Positions 13,954 through 32,040 of a stretch of 64,000 nt of DNA are shown here, in pieces (the stretch's first letter is position 1; each line of letters opens with the position of its first letter). Where the stretch lies: the NCBI RefSeq assembly GCF_009914755.1, contig NC_060927.1; one strand, 5' to 3'. The notes beneath the pieces are model-generated. The model did no database searches. It had not been told where the DNA came from and saw only the letters and a list, made by a program, of their open reading frames with translations. Source of the stretch: the human T2T-CHM13v2.0 reference genome, Homo sapiens. A program made the position numbers and the translations under genes.

Positions 13954-15026
13954 TGTTGTGGGAAGTCAGGGACCCCTAACAGAGGGACCGGCTAGAGCCG
14001 AGGCAGAGGAACATAAATTGTGAAGATTTCATGGACATTTATCAGTTCCCAAAATTAATACTTTTATAATTTCTTATGGCTGTCTTTACTTTAATCTCTT
14101 AATCCTGTTATCTTCGTAAGCTGAGAATGTATGTCACCTCAGGACCACTATTGTACAAATTGATTGTAGAGCATGTGTGTTTGAACAATATGAAATCTGA
14201 TTGTAAAACATGGATGTTTGAACAATATGAAATCAGTGCACCTTGAAAACGAACAGAATAACAGCAATTTTGGGGAACAAGGGAAGACAACCAAAGGTCT
14301 GACTGCCTGCGGGGTTGGGCAAAATAGAGCCATATTTTTCTTCTTGCGGAGAGCCTATACACGGACATGCAAGTAGAAGAGATATCGCTAAATTATTCTC
14401 CCAGCAAGGAATATTAAATATTAAGACCCTAGGAAAAGAATTGCATTCCTGGGGGAAGGTCTATAAACGGCTGCTCTGGGAGCATCTGTCTTATGTGGTT
14501 GAGATAAGGACTGAAATACGCCCTGCAGTACCCTCAGGCTTATTATGGTGGGGAAAAAATCCCGCCCTGGTGAATTTGAGGTCAGACCGGTTCTCTGCTC
14601 TCGAACCCTGTTTTCTGTTGTTTAAGATGTTTATCAAGACAATACGTGCACAGCCGAACCTAGACCCTCATCATTAATTCTAATTTTGCCCTTGCCTTGT
14701 GATCTTGCTTTGCCCTTTGCCTTGTGATCTTTATTGGCCTCAGAAGCATGTGAACTTTGTTCTCCTTTTTTGCCCTTTGAAGCATGTAACCTTTGTGACC
14801 TACTCCCTGTTTGTACACCCCCTCCCCTTTTGAAATCCCTAATTAAAACTTGCTGGTTTTGTGGCTTAGGGGCATCACAGACCTACCGATATGTGATGTC
14901 ACCCCCGGAGGCCCAGCTGTAAAATTCCTCTCTTTGTACTCTTTCTCTTTATTTCTCAGACCAGCTGACACTTAGGGAAAACAGAAAGAACCTACATTGA
15001 AATATTGGGGGCAGGTTCCCCCAATA
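13954..15026 (+). mobile_element. MER11 solo LTR (HERV-K HML-8; MER11B/C-like)
   Basis: Runs from tgttgtgggaagtcagggaccc to ggttcccccaata, 1073 bp, with a perfect 6-bp TSD CCCACA (13948-13953 and 15027-15032). Confidence 0.93.
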
Positions 15027-15169
15027 CCCACAGATTCATAGGATGCCAAATCTGGAAGTGACTTTAGGGTTCTTCTAGCTCATCTCCCTTAATTTCATAG
15101 GTAAATGAAATGAGGCCCACCATGAGAAAATGACTTGTTCGGGGAGCATTGTTGCCAAGTGACAGCAGC

Positions 15170-15390
15170 ATGAGCTTTAGGAGTCAGAGCTGGGATTGAA
15201 CCCTGGATCCATTATTACCTAATTGTATAGCATTAAATTAGGCTCTTCACCTCCTGAACCTCAGTTTTCCCATTTAAAAATGGGGCTAATGATCATCACA
15301 CCTGCCTTATGTAGTTGCTATGTGTATTGAATGAATAAAATGTGAAAGCACCTAGTCAGCTCCTTTCACATGGTAGAAACTCAACAAGTT
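15170..15390 (+). mobile_element. MIR
   Basis: MIR text: ggagtcagagctgggattgaa, ctgaacctcagttttcccatt, tgtgaaagcacctag. Confidence 0.75.
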
Positions 15391-15494
15391 TATTCCCTCC
15401 TTCTTTGCAGAAGATTTCATAGCCAATGTGACACAAGCAAAACTCAAAGCAAACGTAGGCCTCTGACTTTCAGGCCGGAAACCTGTTCATACAC

Positions 15495-16771
<1,277 letters not shown>

Positions 16772-16923
16772 GAAAGGTCCACAGCTGCCTCACAGTCTTA
16801 CTGTTATTTTGGCCCTGCATTGAGGGAGATCTTCCCCCTTGGTTCTCACAAGTAGACGCATGTGTGTGTACCATGCATACAACATATCTCCAGAGCTTTG
16901 TATCCTCTTCCTCTGACTCCACG

Positions 16924-16989
16924 TGCTTGAGCCAACATTTTCTTCCTTTGCCTTTTTGCTTGAGCTAACATTTTCTTCCTTTGCCTTTT
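16924..16989 (+). repeat. Tandem duplication, 33 bp x2
   Basis: tgcttgagc(c/t)aacattttcttcctttgcctttt occurs twice with one mismatch. Confidence 0.95.
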
Positions 16990-17224
16990 AGGGGTATCTG
17001 TTTCGCTCCAAGCCCTGTATGTTTACACTTGACCCTTTTCAGCCCCCTCACCACCCCTTTGTACCCCTTTGTCCCCCTTCGCCCCTCACACTTGTCATTT
17101 CCTTCTGAAGTTATCACTTTTCCTGCAACATAGTTATTAACCTCTTGCTGAAGTTGCTTTGGCCATTAAAGGATAATCAGCTTCTTCCTTCATCTATTTC
17201 TCCAACAGAAATTCTATCTTTAGG

Positions 17225-17685
17225 GCATCAGAATCGCCTGGAGGGCTTATTAAAGCACAGATTACTGAGTCCTTCCCCCAGAGTTTCTGATTCAGTATGT
17301 CTGGAGTAGGGCTTGAAAATTTGCATTTCTGGCTGGGCGCTGTGGCTTACACCTGTAATCCCAGCACTTTGGGAGGCCGAAGGAGGTGGATCACTTGAGG
17401 CCAGGAGTTCAAGACCAGCCTGGCCAACATGGCGAAACCCCATCTCTACAAAACATACAAAAATTAGCTGGGCATGGTGGCTCACTCCTGTAGTCCCAGC
17501 TATGCAGGAGGCTGAAGCATAAGAATCCCTTGAACCCAGGAGGCAGAGGTTGCAGTGAGCCGAGATTGTACCACTGCACCGCACTCCAGCCTGGGCAACA
17601 GATACTCTTGTCAAAAAAAAAAAAAGCATTTCTAACAAATTCCCAGGTGATGCTGGTCTGGAGACATCATTTTGAGAACCACTGC
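17225..17685. mobile_element. MER5 (hAT) interrupted by Alu
   Basis: gcatcagaatcgcctggagggctt ... gcatttctaacaaattcccaggtgatgct ... ttgagaaccactg. Confidence 0.8.
17331..17625 (+). mobile_element. Alu (AluS/J)
   Basis: Full Alu; gcatttct is duplicated at both flanks. Confidence 0.95.
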
Positions 17686-18112
17686 TCTAAGCTAATGTTT
17701 CGTGTGCTTGTCAGAGGTCATGTGGCTAAAGGTAGGTACCTGCATTTCTGAGGCTAAAAGTGACATCAAAAGAAGTATCAGGTATGAAGCCAGGAGCATA
17801 AGTGCTTTGTCAAAGATATTTCTCATGCAATCTAAAAATTCTTCAGGACTGGATTGATTTAAAGCAGAAATCAGAGCAAAAGGGTCATAATTAGGAAAAC
17901 ACTGTCTCAAAGTTTCACAGTAGCCACCTTCTCCTCCAACCTCCTCGCCAAATAGAGGAACTCACATTCATTGCAGCCTTTCTAAATGCCAGACATTTTT
18001 CTAGACAAATTCCCGTGTGCTATCTCATTTAGTCCTCACGTCATCCTTACAAGCTAAGTTTATTATTTTCCTCATTACCCATAAGAAAACTGAATTTAAA
18101 ACTGAATTTTAA

Positions 18113-18261
18113 AGCCAGGCACAGTGGCTCATGTGCCTGTAGTCCCAGCTACTTGGGAGACTGAGGAAGGAGAATCGCTTGAACTCGGGAGGCGGAGATT
18201 TCAATGAATCGAGATTGTGCCACTGCACTCCAGCCTGGGTGACAGAGCAAGACTCTATCTC

Positions 18262-18287
<26 letters not shown>
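18113..18287 (+). mobile_element. Alu right-arm monomer / 5'-truncated Alu
   Basis: Right monomer with a long A-tail. Confidence 0.9.
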
Positions 18288-18292
<5 letters not shown>

Positions 18293-18864
18293 ATTTAACT
18301 TAAACTGAAAAGCTAAGTTCATTGGAAATTATCCTCCGAATTGGTTCACTCTTCACTAATTTCAGGCGGCCATACAGAAGGATGAAAAAGTCATCAGATT
18401 GTTAACTGCTGTTATAATACAAGCAAGTACAGTACATTCTTCAAGAAAATCATGTGAAAGCATGTTTTAAAAATTAAAGAGAACAGGAAGATTTCCCTAA
18501 AGGATAAATAGCTGGTCCCATTCAGGTAATTCATCCATCAACAGAGAACAGAAGAGAATCTGGAATTTCATCTCATCTACTACTCTATTGATTTTAAAAA
18601 GGCATTGGATTCCATCAACATAACTCAGTTCTTTCAGCATTATTAGAAAAAAGAAACCACACATAATATTGTATGATTTAGAAACTCAACATACATAAGC
18701 CACAAGAAAACCACCCTAGATCAAAGAATATTCTAGCATCTTAGAGAATGGACTGATAAAAACAAATAACTAGGAAATGTTTCTCATTGTATAGAGCAAT
18801 TGCATAAGGCTGTGTGTGTGTGTGTGTCTGTGCATGTATGTAGTGTGTTCCATATCATTAATAT

Positions 18865-20040
18865 TATCAATGTCTGGAATCTAATAAAAAGTTACCAGAC
18901 ATGCAAAGAAGTAGGGTATTATAACCCATTACGAGAAGATAAATCAATGAAAATCAATCCAGAACTGACATAGATTTTAGAATTATTGAATAAAGATATT
19001 AAACAGGTATCCCATAGATTCAAAAACTTAAGTAGAGGCATGGAAGTTATATAAAAAGTTTAACAAGCTTTTACAGATTAAAAGTACAATGTGTGAGATG
19101 AAAAACACGATAGATGTGATTAATGGCTGGTTAGAAATTGCTGGAGAAAAGATTAGTGAACTTGAAGACATATAAAGGCAATAAAAGCTATCAAAAATGA
19201 GACAAAGTGAGAAAAGAAAATTTTAAAAATACAAGAACATCAATGAACATTAAGAAATCTAATATACATGTAACTGAGATTTTTGAAAGAGAAAAAAGAG
19301 TGGGCAGAAAAATATTTGAAGAAATAATGGCCAAAATTTTTCCAAGTTTCATGAGAACTGTAAATCCACAGAACCAAGAAGCTCAGCAAACCCCAAGTAT
19401 AAGACATATGGAGAAAACAGTGACAAGACACATAATAAAGTGTTCAAAACCAGTGATAATGGAGAAAGCTTAAGAGAAATCAGATATGTTACATATAGAG
19501 GAACAAAGATAAAGATGCAGGAGATTTCTTGGTAGAAACAATACAAGTGAAAAGACACTGCAACATCTTAAAAGTACTGCAAGGGGCCAGGAGTGGCAGT
19601 GCATGCCTGTAGTCCCAGCTACTTGGGAGGTTGAGGCAGGAGGATCCCTTGAGTCCAAAAGTTCTGGGCTGTAGTGCGCTATGTCGACTGAGTGTCTGCA
19701 CTAAATCTGGCATCAATATGGTGACCTCCTGGGAGTGGGGGACTACCAGGTTGCCTAAGGAGGAGTGAACTGGAATCAGGTCAGAAACAGATCCGGTCAA
19801 AACTTCTGCTCTGATCAGTGGTGATCATGCCTATGAATAGCCACTGTACTTCAGCCTGGGCAACATAGTGAGACCCTGCCTCTGAAAAAAATAAAAAATA
19901 AAATAAAGTATTGCAAGGGGGGAAAAGCTTGTCAATCAGGAAAAGTATCTTTCAAAAATAAAGGTAGGATAATGAATTTTTTCAGACATACAAAAGCTGA
20001 AAGTTCAAAAATTTATCATCAGCACACTCGCTATATAAGA
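18865..20040 (+). mobile_element. Old L1 (L1M) ORF1 region, decayed
   Basis: ORF 19207-19473 (..SNIHVTEIFE..IFEEIMAKIFP..QEAQQTP..TRHIIK) is L1 ORF1p-like; the 7SL copy interrupts it. Confidence 0.88.
19586..19904 (+). pseudogene. 7SL RNA processed pseudogene
   Basis: Contains gcatcaatatggtgacctcc and ccaggttgcctaaggagg; A-tail; TSD aaagta(c/t)tgcaaggg. Confidence 0.93.
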
Positions 20041-20044
20041 ATAT

Positions 20045-20200
20045 TTTTATTTCTGCCTTTCCCATCCAGATGTCTTTTATTTCTTTTTCTTGCCTTATTT
20101 CACTGGCTAGAACCTACAGTACAATGTTGAATAAAAATGGACATCCTTGTCTTGTTCCTGATCTTAAGAGGAAAAGACATCTTTGTAAATAGTCCTTGTA
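20045..20200 (-). mobile_element. L1 ORF2 fragment in reverse orientation
   Basis: L1 antisense text: ctggctagaacctacagtacaatgttgaata ... catccttgtcttgttcctgatctta. Confidence 0.8.
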
Positions 20201-20221
20201 TCAAACTCTCTTTATCATCCA

Positions 20222-20512
20222 TTTTTTTGTTGTCGTTGTTAATGGGGACTTGCTCAGTCTGTGGCCCAAACTGGAGTATAGTGGTACAATCACAGCTCAC
20301 TGCAGCCTTGACCTCCTGGGCTCAAGCCATCCCTCCACCTGAGCCTCCTGAGTAGCTGGGACCACAGATGTGCACTATCACACCTGGTTAATTTTTATTT
20401 TATTTTTGTAGCTATGGGGTCTCACCATGTTGCCCAGGCTGGTCTTGAATTCCTGGCCCCACCTTGGCCTCCCAAAGTGCTGGGACTAGAGGCATGAGCC
20501 AGTGCACCCAGC
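20222..20512 (-). mobile_element. Alu (AluJ)
   Basis: Reverse dimeric Alu. Confidence 0.92.
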
Positions 20513-20605
20513 TTAGTCATCCATTCTGAATGCACCACCTGTTTCCTATCAATATCATATCAATTTTTTTCCCTAAATAGAAGGCAAATCAGAATCAGAA
20601 GGTAG

Positions 20606-20938
<333 letters not shown>

Positions 20939-21757
20939 AAAAAACTTTCTTAACAGTAAGCCCCATTAAGCAGTGGAAATGGTTGCCTTGGGAGAAAGTC
21001 CTTTGCTAGAAGTTTCAGAGGACCACATGCTATGAATAACATGGCAGTGATTTTCATTCTTAGTGAGAGAAAAAACTAGTCAATCTCTTCAGTTCCTGTA
21101 TGGCTGTAATGATTCTATGACAATCTCAGGCCATGTGATGTTGTCTCCAAGAATGGAAATTATAAACAAACCATATATTTCAATGCTTTATGTACAGTGT
21201 TACATACAGGCAAACCAACAGGCCACTACTTATTAAATAACTATGTTCAAATTGTGTTTAAAATGTCCTCTTGAAATTTTTTCCAAAGACTCTATAGCAC
21301 ACATTCATTGTAAATCCCCCAAATGTTAGTGGTCAGTAAAGAAATTCCATTGCACGGAAATGTTTGTACCTGTTAGGGTTGGAGAAGTCTGCTAGAAGAA
21401 ATTCTCGTTGTTAAAAGAAACCTCTGATTGGATGAGACCATAAGAAAAGATGGTGCTGAGCGTACTGGACTCTGGGGTAAGTGTTTGATTATTTGCTTTG
21501 AGGGTCTTTCTGATCTCTTTAGGTCAGTGGGAAGAGAACAAAGACCTCTTTTCTTCCTGACTTTACCACCAGGAAGACCCAGGTAGCTAAAATGAGCATG
21601 CCTCAAGATACAGGAACAGATACATTCTCAGAGAGAAAATAGGACAAACAACTAATTAAGAGCAGAACACCAGAAGAAAGATTGACATAACAGCCCTGGA
21701 AACCAAACGGTGAAGTGAATGAGGCCTACAAAAGATTTGTACGAGTGTCAAACTTAG

Positions 21758-22434
<677 letters not shown>

Positions 22435-22494
22435 TAATAATGGATGAAATTTAGATAGATTGGGATTCCATTTGTACCTAATTGTTCTTAAATT

Positions 22495-22805
<311 letters not shown>

Positions 22806-22809
22806 TAAA

Positions 22810-23210
22810 TTTTATTATTTAAGAAGTAATACATGCAAGGGTGTATATTGAAAAGTCAATCTATACTTTTACCTATCACTATAACCTCAATCAATCAAGT
22901 CCCATACCCAGAAGCAACTAAGATTACCAATTTCTGGTGTCACCTTCCAGAAATAGTCTATGAATATACGAGCAGGGGGTGGGGTCGGCAGGGTGAGGCA
23001 TAACTGTAACATAATGTAACATAATGAACACACTGTACTGTACCTCACATCTATCTTTTAACAATATATCTTTGAGATGTTTCTGATTTTTATATAGAGT
23101 TCTGGTTTATTCTTTTTAACAGTAGCATAGTTTTCTTGTGAGGAAGTACGATTATTTATTTGACCAGTCTGAAAATGATGAATATTTAGATTATTTCTAG
23201 TTTTCTTTCC
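22810..23210 (-). mobile_element. L1ME-type 3' fragment
   Basis: L1ME-like text: cccagaagcaacta, ttctttttaacagtagcatag. Confidence 0.6.
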
Positions 23211-23386
23211 TGGCATTTTTTTTCTCCTTTAAAAAAAGTATGCATCTTAATAATGCTTTTTAATTACTATGCTTAATAAATGTATCAGCTAGGAAGTAAC
23301 ACTTTATACTTATTAAGTTAGCTAAAATAACAGGTTTAAATTCTTTGCTAAAAGGGCTGTGGAAAAATGGGCCAACTGATTGGTTC

Positions 23387-23387
<1 letters not shown>

Positions 23388-23428
<41 letters not shown>
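23388..23428. repeat. (GA)n microsatellite
   Basis: About 20 GA units. Confidence 0.98.
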
Positions 23429-23431
<3 letters not shown>

Positions 23432-24658
23432 TGTCAAACCTAGCTGTTTATCAGAATTTCCTTAGTCTTTACTCTAAATACAGATGCTTAGGTCACATGC
23501 CTGGGGATTCTGACTTAGAAGGACTGAATTAGGACCTAGATATTAATATATCTATCTGGAAATATTCCAAGGAAATATCATGTATTTTGAAAATATTTCA
23601 CAGGATTCTGATTTACAGCTAGTGTTGAGAACCAATCATTGATAGAGAATAGTTAACCAATTTATACACTTATTAAATACAAATGGTTTATTTTATGAAA
23701 AAACATTCTTTAGTGTAAAGTGCTTTAACTCAGCTCTCTTTCAGTTCTCTACATCTGGGGGCAGAGTTGAAAGAGCTGCTCTACCCATCTTAATCCCAGG
23801 CTCAGATGTGCACATGTTGGAGTCTACCAACACTCAGGACTTAGTTCTTAGAAGAAATGGCCTTTGTAGAATTTGCCTCATGAATTCAGCTCTATTAAGG
23901 GATGACACACATCACTGTCTCTGTTATTACACATTAAAAAATCCTTTATAGATAAAAGCACAAAGACTTTATTGTGTTAACACAGCTAACCATTTATATA
24001 AATCTCTTGATCCTTATTTATCATTGCAAAAATACAATATATAGTTTTAATGCCTCTGTACATATGACTTTGGTTCTTTTTCCACTTAGCTTTATTTCCT
24101 ATGCACATTTCAATACACAAATACAGAACACAAAGTTATTTTTAGCAGCTATATGCTTACAGTGTTGTACCTCATATTTTGCAAAATTCGTCTCCAAATC
24201 TGAACATTTGGGTTGTACCATTTTTCATTATAAAATGGTGGAGTTATAAATATCATTGATCAAACACCTTTTTTCATTTTGAATTTTTTTCATACATTAC
24301 CAAAAGAAGAAGCTGTAGATCAAAAGAATGAACAATGCTAATAAGACTTTTGCCTGTAGAGACTTACTGCTCCACAGGATTCTACTAAGTTACTGGGCCC
24401 TGAGAAAAGGACCAGTGTTCTTTTCTCATAGCCTCTCCAACAAGATGTTTTATTCATTTCATTTTAGTTAACCTGATAAAATATTAAGTTATATTTCATA
24501 CCAGATGAACTCATTGAGCATATTTGTTAAAAGGCATTGTAGGGATTTAAGTCAAGGAGTCTGACTTGACTTACTTGACTTGACTTTCTGTGCCAGAAAG
24601 CCTGCATCCAAATTCCTGCTCTGCCATATGACTTTCAGTAAGTTCCTTGCTTGCTTAT

Positions 24659-24950
24659 TTTTTGAGATGGAGTCTCCTTCTGTCGCCCAGGCTGGAGTGC
24701 AGTGGCATGATCTTGGCTCACTGCAACCTCTGCCTCCTGGGTTCAAGTGATTCTCCTGCCTCAGCCTCCCCTAGTAGCTGAGACTACAGGCACACACCAC
24801 CACGCCCAGCTAATTTTTTTTTGTATTTTCAGTGGAGATGAGGTTTCACCATGCTGGCCAGGCTGGTCTCAAACTCTTGACCGCAGGTAATCTGCCCACT
24901 TCAGCCTCCCAAAGTGCTGGGATTACAGGCGTGAGTCACCATGCCCAGCC
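24659..24950 (-). mobile_element. Alu (AluSx)
   Basis: Reverse Alu; TSD aagttccttgctt. Confidence 0.95.
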
Positions 24951-25325
24951 AAGTTCCTTGCTTTCTGTCTCAGTAGACTATGTCTAAAATGGCAACACTA
25001 TGGTAGGCATGTTGCAAAAATTAAATAAGTTAAGTGCCTAGAACTGTTCCTGGAATATAGGAAGCACTATAATTACAGGCCATTATGAATGCTTACGAGA
25101 ACCAGAAGAAATGCTAGACTCCAGAGAGAAAGCTGTGAACACAACAGGCACCAGAACGGTTTCTCCACTCACAAGGCCATAGGCAAGTTGGGAATACAGC
25201 TGGTTGCAGTAGCACAATGCAGGTATACAACAAGAAAACATGTTAGGAAAAATCCCTGCTAGAATATTTAATTTTTGCATTAGAGATGCTCAATGAATGT
25301 TCTAAATGTTGGATTATAGTCTATC

Positions 25326-25627
25326 TTTCTTTCTTTCTTTCTTTTTTGAGACGGAGTCTCACTCTGTTGCCCAGGCTGGAGTGCAGTGGTACCATCTCAG
25401 CTGACTGCAACCTCTGCCTCCCAAGTTCAAGCAATTCTCCTGCCTCAGTCTCCTGAGTAGCTGGGATTATAAGCATGTACCACCATGCCTAGCTAATTTT
25501 TGTATTTTTAGTAGAGACTGGATTTCCCCATGTTGGCCAGGCTGGTCTCAAACTCCTGACCTCAGGTGATCCGGCCGCCTTGGCCTCTAAAGTGCTGGAA
25601 TTACAGGCATAGCCACTGCGCCCAGCC
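25326..25627 (-). mobile_element. Alu (AluSx)
   Basis: Reverse Alu. Confidence 0.95.
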
Positions 25628-25710
25628 TATATTTCTTATATGAACTATTTAGTCATAGCCATTGTCCACTTGCCCAAAGGTTCTAAGTATCTATTAAATA
25701 TGTGTATACC

Positions 25711-25852
25711 TTCTTTTTTTTCTTTTTTCTTTTGCAGAGATTGGAGTCTTGCTATGTTGCACAGGCTGGTCTCAAACTCCTGTTCTCAAGCCATCCTCTC
25801 ACCTTAACTTCTCAAAGCTCTGAGATTATAGGTGTGAGCCACTGTACTGGCC
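25711..25852 (-). mobile_element. FLAM / Alu left monomer
   Basis: Single left arm. Confidence 0.85.
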
Positions 25853-25881
25853 TATGTTTTTAAATGTATTTATTTAAAAAT

Positions 25882-26125
<244 letters not shown>

Positions 26126-28192
26126 TGCTTTCTCATTGAATGACACATCTTAAATATCTTTTCATGTTGGTACATATAGATCTTCCTCATTCTTTTTAAC
26201 AGCTGTATAATTGTTCAAAGTAGGTATGTACTGTATTTTATTTATCATTAATAGACATTTGAATCATTTCCAATTTTGTGCTATCACAGTTTTGTAATAA
26301 ATAACATATCTATCTTTGTGCAATTGTAGTTTTCTTTTAGAATTTATTTTGAATATTGGGCTTTTCTCCATTATATTTATTGGAAGTATTTTTCTGTTGC
26401 TTACATTTTTATCTTTTGTATATGACAAGAACTTCAAACTGAAAATAAATCTCTCTCTGTTCCTAAGCTGCCCTTGTTCCTAACATATCATCTCAGAGAT
26501 AGCTGGTGCATATACACGCATATGTAACCAAAGCAAAAGTTTTATAGAACATACTTCACCTTCCTACATTCAATGTACTTTAATTCATTCCATTGTATTC
26601 TATTCTATTCATTGCATTTTATTGAAACATGTTTGTAAAGTTCCTTTAAATTGATTTTAAAATCACTGGTTCATGGCAACTCATAGTTTAAAAAGCGTTT
26701 TCCTTTTCTCCCCTACCCTGTGTTGAACCAGTCTATAGAAGCAGGCACCTATTTGAGTTTTCCTGCCTGGCAAGCCAGTAACTTCTAAGAACTGAAGACC
26801 TCCCTTGAACTGCAGCTCAATTAAGTAAGGTCTAGCTCTTTTCCATCTTTTCCCAAGAGTAGAGACCTGGCCACCATACCTGCCAAGAATGAACAGATGG
26901 TCTCACACTAAACCATTGCTACAGATGGCAAGCACCTGACTCTGAATCTGTGTGCCCACCAGATTGATATTAGCTGCATGCACACCACATATGCCTAGAT
27001 AAACAGGGGCATCATTTTAAGACTGTTGGCTCATTTCCATGTTGATACTTAAGGGAGGTTACTCTGTTAGATGGGAACTGTTTCCGGGCAAGGCTAGCAT
27101 TAAAGTCAGGAAGAGATAGAAGCATAACTTTCAAAGTTCTGTTCATTCAAATCCTTGCCTAGCCTGAGTTTGGAGGTGCAGAGGAAAAATCGGGAAAGGG
27201 CTGCTAGGATCCAGGTCAAGAGTTAGAGCTCTGACCAAATGGACCAGAATTCAGGGCAGAACTCTGGGTAAGCAAGAAGGGATCAATATAGATGGACAAA
27301 TGTGGTATGTTGGGGTATGCGGTAGCATAGTGGGCACTTGTTGCCTAGGCCCACCTAAGACTCATAACAAATGTTAAGATTATGTGTTGGCCCCACCCAC
27401 TGGTAGGTCAAGAATATCTGCCTTGGTCAAGATCAGCTCAGAAACAGGATGACCCTAAACATGTAGATTAGGGACATCCATACCTACAGCTGAGAGTGCC
27501 AGGGCAGGCAGGAAGTCATAGGAAACAATGAAGAAGAGTCTTTGACTTCTGCATTAAATCTAGCTGAGAGACTAACTCCTCTCCTTGGCAGCTGACTCAG
27601 GACCTATGAGATCATATTGGGTAAGCCTTTAAAATGCAATTTGATATGATCAGAATTTGAAGAGTAGATCAGGTCAGAAAAGCAGATTTTTCTTTATTAG
27701 GAAAAGAAAGAAACACTTAAAAGAAAAATGTTCTCTTCTTGGAAAGGATTTTCTTAAAGGTGGATTATTAATTCACTCATTAATTCATTCCTTATGTATG
27801 ACGCATTTACTAATAGATGCTTGCTTTCATTCACCTCTGAAGTTAGATGTGCACACTCTTATTTTCTCTTTTTGGATGTCACAGGTAGACAGGCATGTTT
27901 TAGCTACTTGCACTACTTAAATATGCAGATTTCCTAGGTGACATCATTTGGCTTTAGTGTTAATGGGCCCCTGATGACCACTAAATAATGCTCAAGAAGT
28001 CAGGTCTGCATGATAGGTTAGTTCCTTAATTGTGTTTCTCTCTGTTGGGTAGGTGATTACCCCTGCTGCAGCAAAATGCAGATAGAGATAATGACAGGCT
28101 CCTGCAAAAATTAAGTAGATTCTAAAACGTGAAATAATACCTAAACCCAGCTGTCAGGAGAAGTGAATTTGTCCTTCAAGATTTAAGAAACA

Positions 28193-28516
<324 letters not shown>

Positions 28517-29139
28517 TCATCCACCTGCATTCTGAGGAGACAGCCCAGCCCTCTGCCATTCTGAGAGGGAGGGACCAGGCACCTCTGTTGTCATGGGCAC
28601 TTCACTCCAGTTCTGATTGCTGATGTTTCATTTGCATCTCATTTTTGGCAGCTCTTTCTTTCCTATGCTCCTCTGTCCTACCCTATAGGGAGTCTAAATC
28701 TCTTTTTGTGTGTGTGTGGGTGGGTTTTTTTTTTCATGATATCTTCCTTGCCTTCCCCACCCTTCCCAAATCTCCCATGACACATTTGAGCATGCAGTAG
28801 AGTTCACTAAAGACTTGGGGTGAAGTGGAGGTTTATACAGCTATTAGATATTGCATATTCTGATTCCCTTCCTCCTCTGCCTTTGGTTCCCCAAACCAAA
28901 TTCAAGGTCCCTAGCTGCATAGGGGGAGGAGAGATGATGCATCCTTATGTAGTTAAAATCATTAAAGACCCAGCTAAAACAAAGGGGCCCCTCACCTTGG
29001 GTCTCTGCAATTAGTAGCACCCAACAAGTGACAGGCATTTTGACCTATCAATCTTTCTTTTTCTCTTGTACCAATGAGAAAAATTCATGCCACTCCCTTA
29101 AAGGGGTAAAAAAAAAAAAAAAAAAAAACACACCATGGT

Positions 29140-29463
<324 letters not shown>

Positions 29464-29554
29464 TTAAATTATACTTAAAAATTATTATGCTATATGGATT
29501 TGTTAATATAGATAAGCCTGCTTAGCTGTCAATGGATTACATGTGATCAAAATT

Positions 29555-29877
<323 letters not shown>

Positions 29878-30740
29878 TAATATAGAAAACTACAAAGAGA
29901 AAAGCAAAAAATTGGTTCATATTCTCCCAGATTGCCCCTATAAATATAATATCCAGATTTCGATTATTTTTCTGCTACTGTTTTTTTCTAGACTAGTCAG
30001 CATTATAGGATACCCATTGGTATAAGGAGAAATGGCATTTTGACCCAATTCTTGGCACCAGGCTTAGGGACCAAGGACCTTGACATGAGTCCAGTAGTGG
30101 GACCTGAAACACCATGTCAGGAGCTGGCTGAGGTTAGGGAATGGAACAATTACAGATGGAACAATTACAGATAGGAAAGCCCATGAGTTAAGAGTGGAAC
30201 TAAAGGTGGTCCAAGACCAGATTTCAAGACAACCATAGATGTCAGGCCCAAGAAAGGGCAAGCATGAGAAGCAAGATCCAAGAGAAACTCCTAGATTTAG
30301 GCAGAATGGGGTGCAGAGAGACCAAGGAAGAGAACCCGAGTGGATGTGTCATAGATCCAGATGGTGCGACCCAGGAAACATTTGCCATCTTGAAGCTCTT
30401 CTGGAGCTCCTCAGGGTCCTCCTGTGGATGGACCTATGGTAGTCCTCAAAGCCTGGAGCTTTGCAGGCAGCTGCTGATGCCACATTCAGTCAGGAGACAG
30501 TCAGTGTGATCAGTGGAGTGCAGGACCTCATGGCTCTATGAAATGACATTGGTAGACTAAAGTAGGGGCAGGCAAGCCAGGATCATTAAGAGTGGCCAGG
30601 ATGTCAGTCTGTACTCTGAGGTATACAAGGCCTCAGTAAGGTTAAAGTTCAGGATGCCAAGAACGGCAGCTGTGTTATAGACAACGTGGGTTGGGTTTTC
30701 TGTTACTTGCACCTGAAAGTATTAATTATGTGTGTGTGTG

Positions 30741-31072
<332 letters not shown>

Positions 31073-31092
31073 TAATATATACAGATGCATAA

Positions 31093-32040
<948 letters not shown>

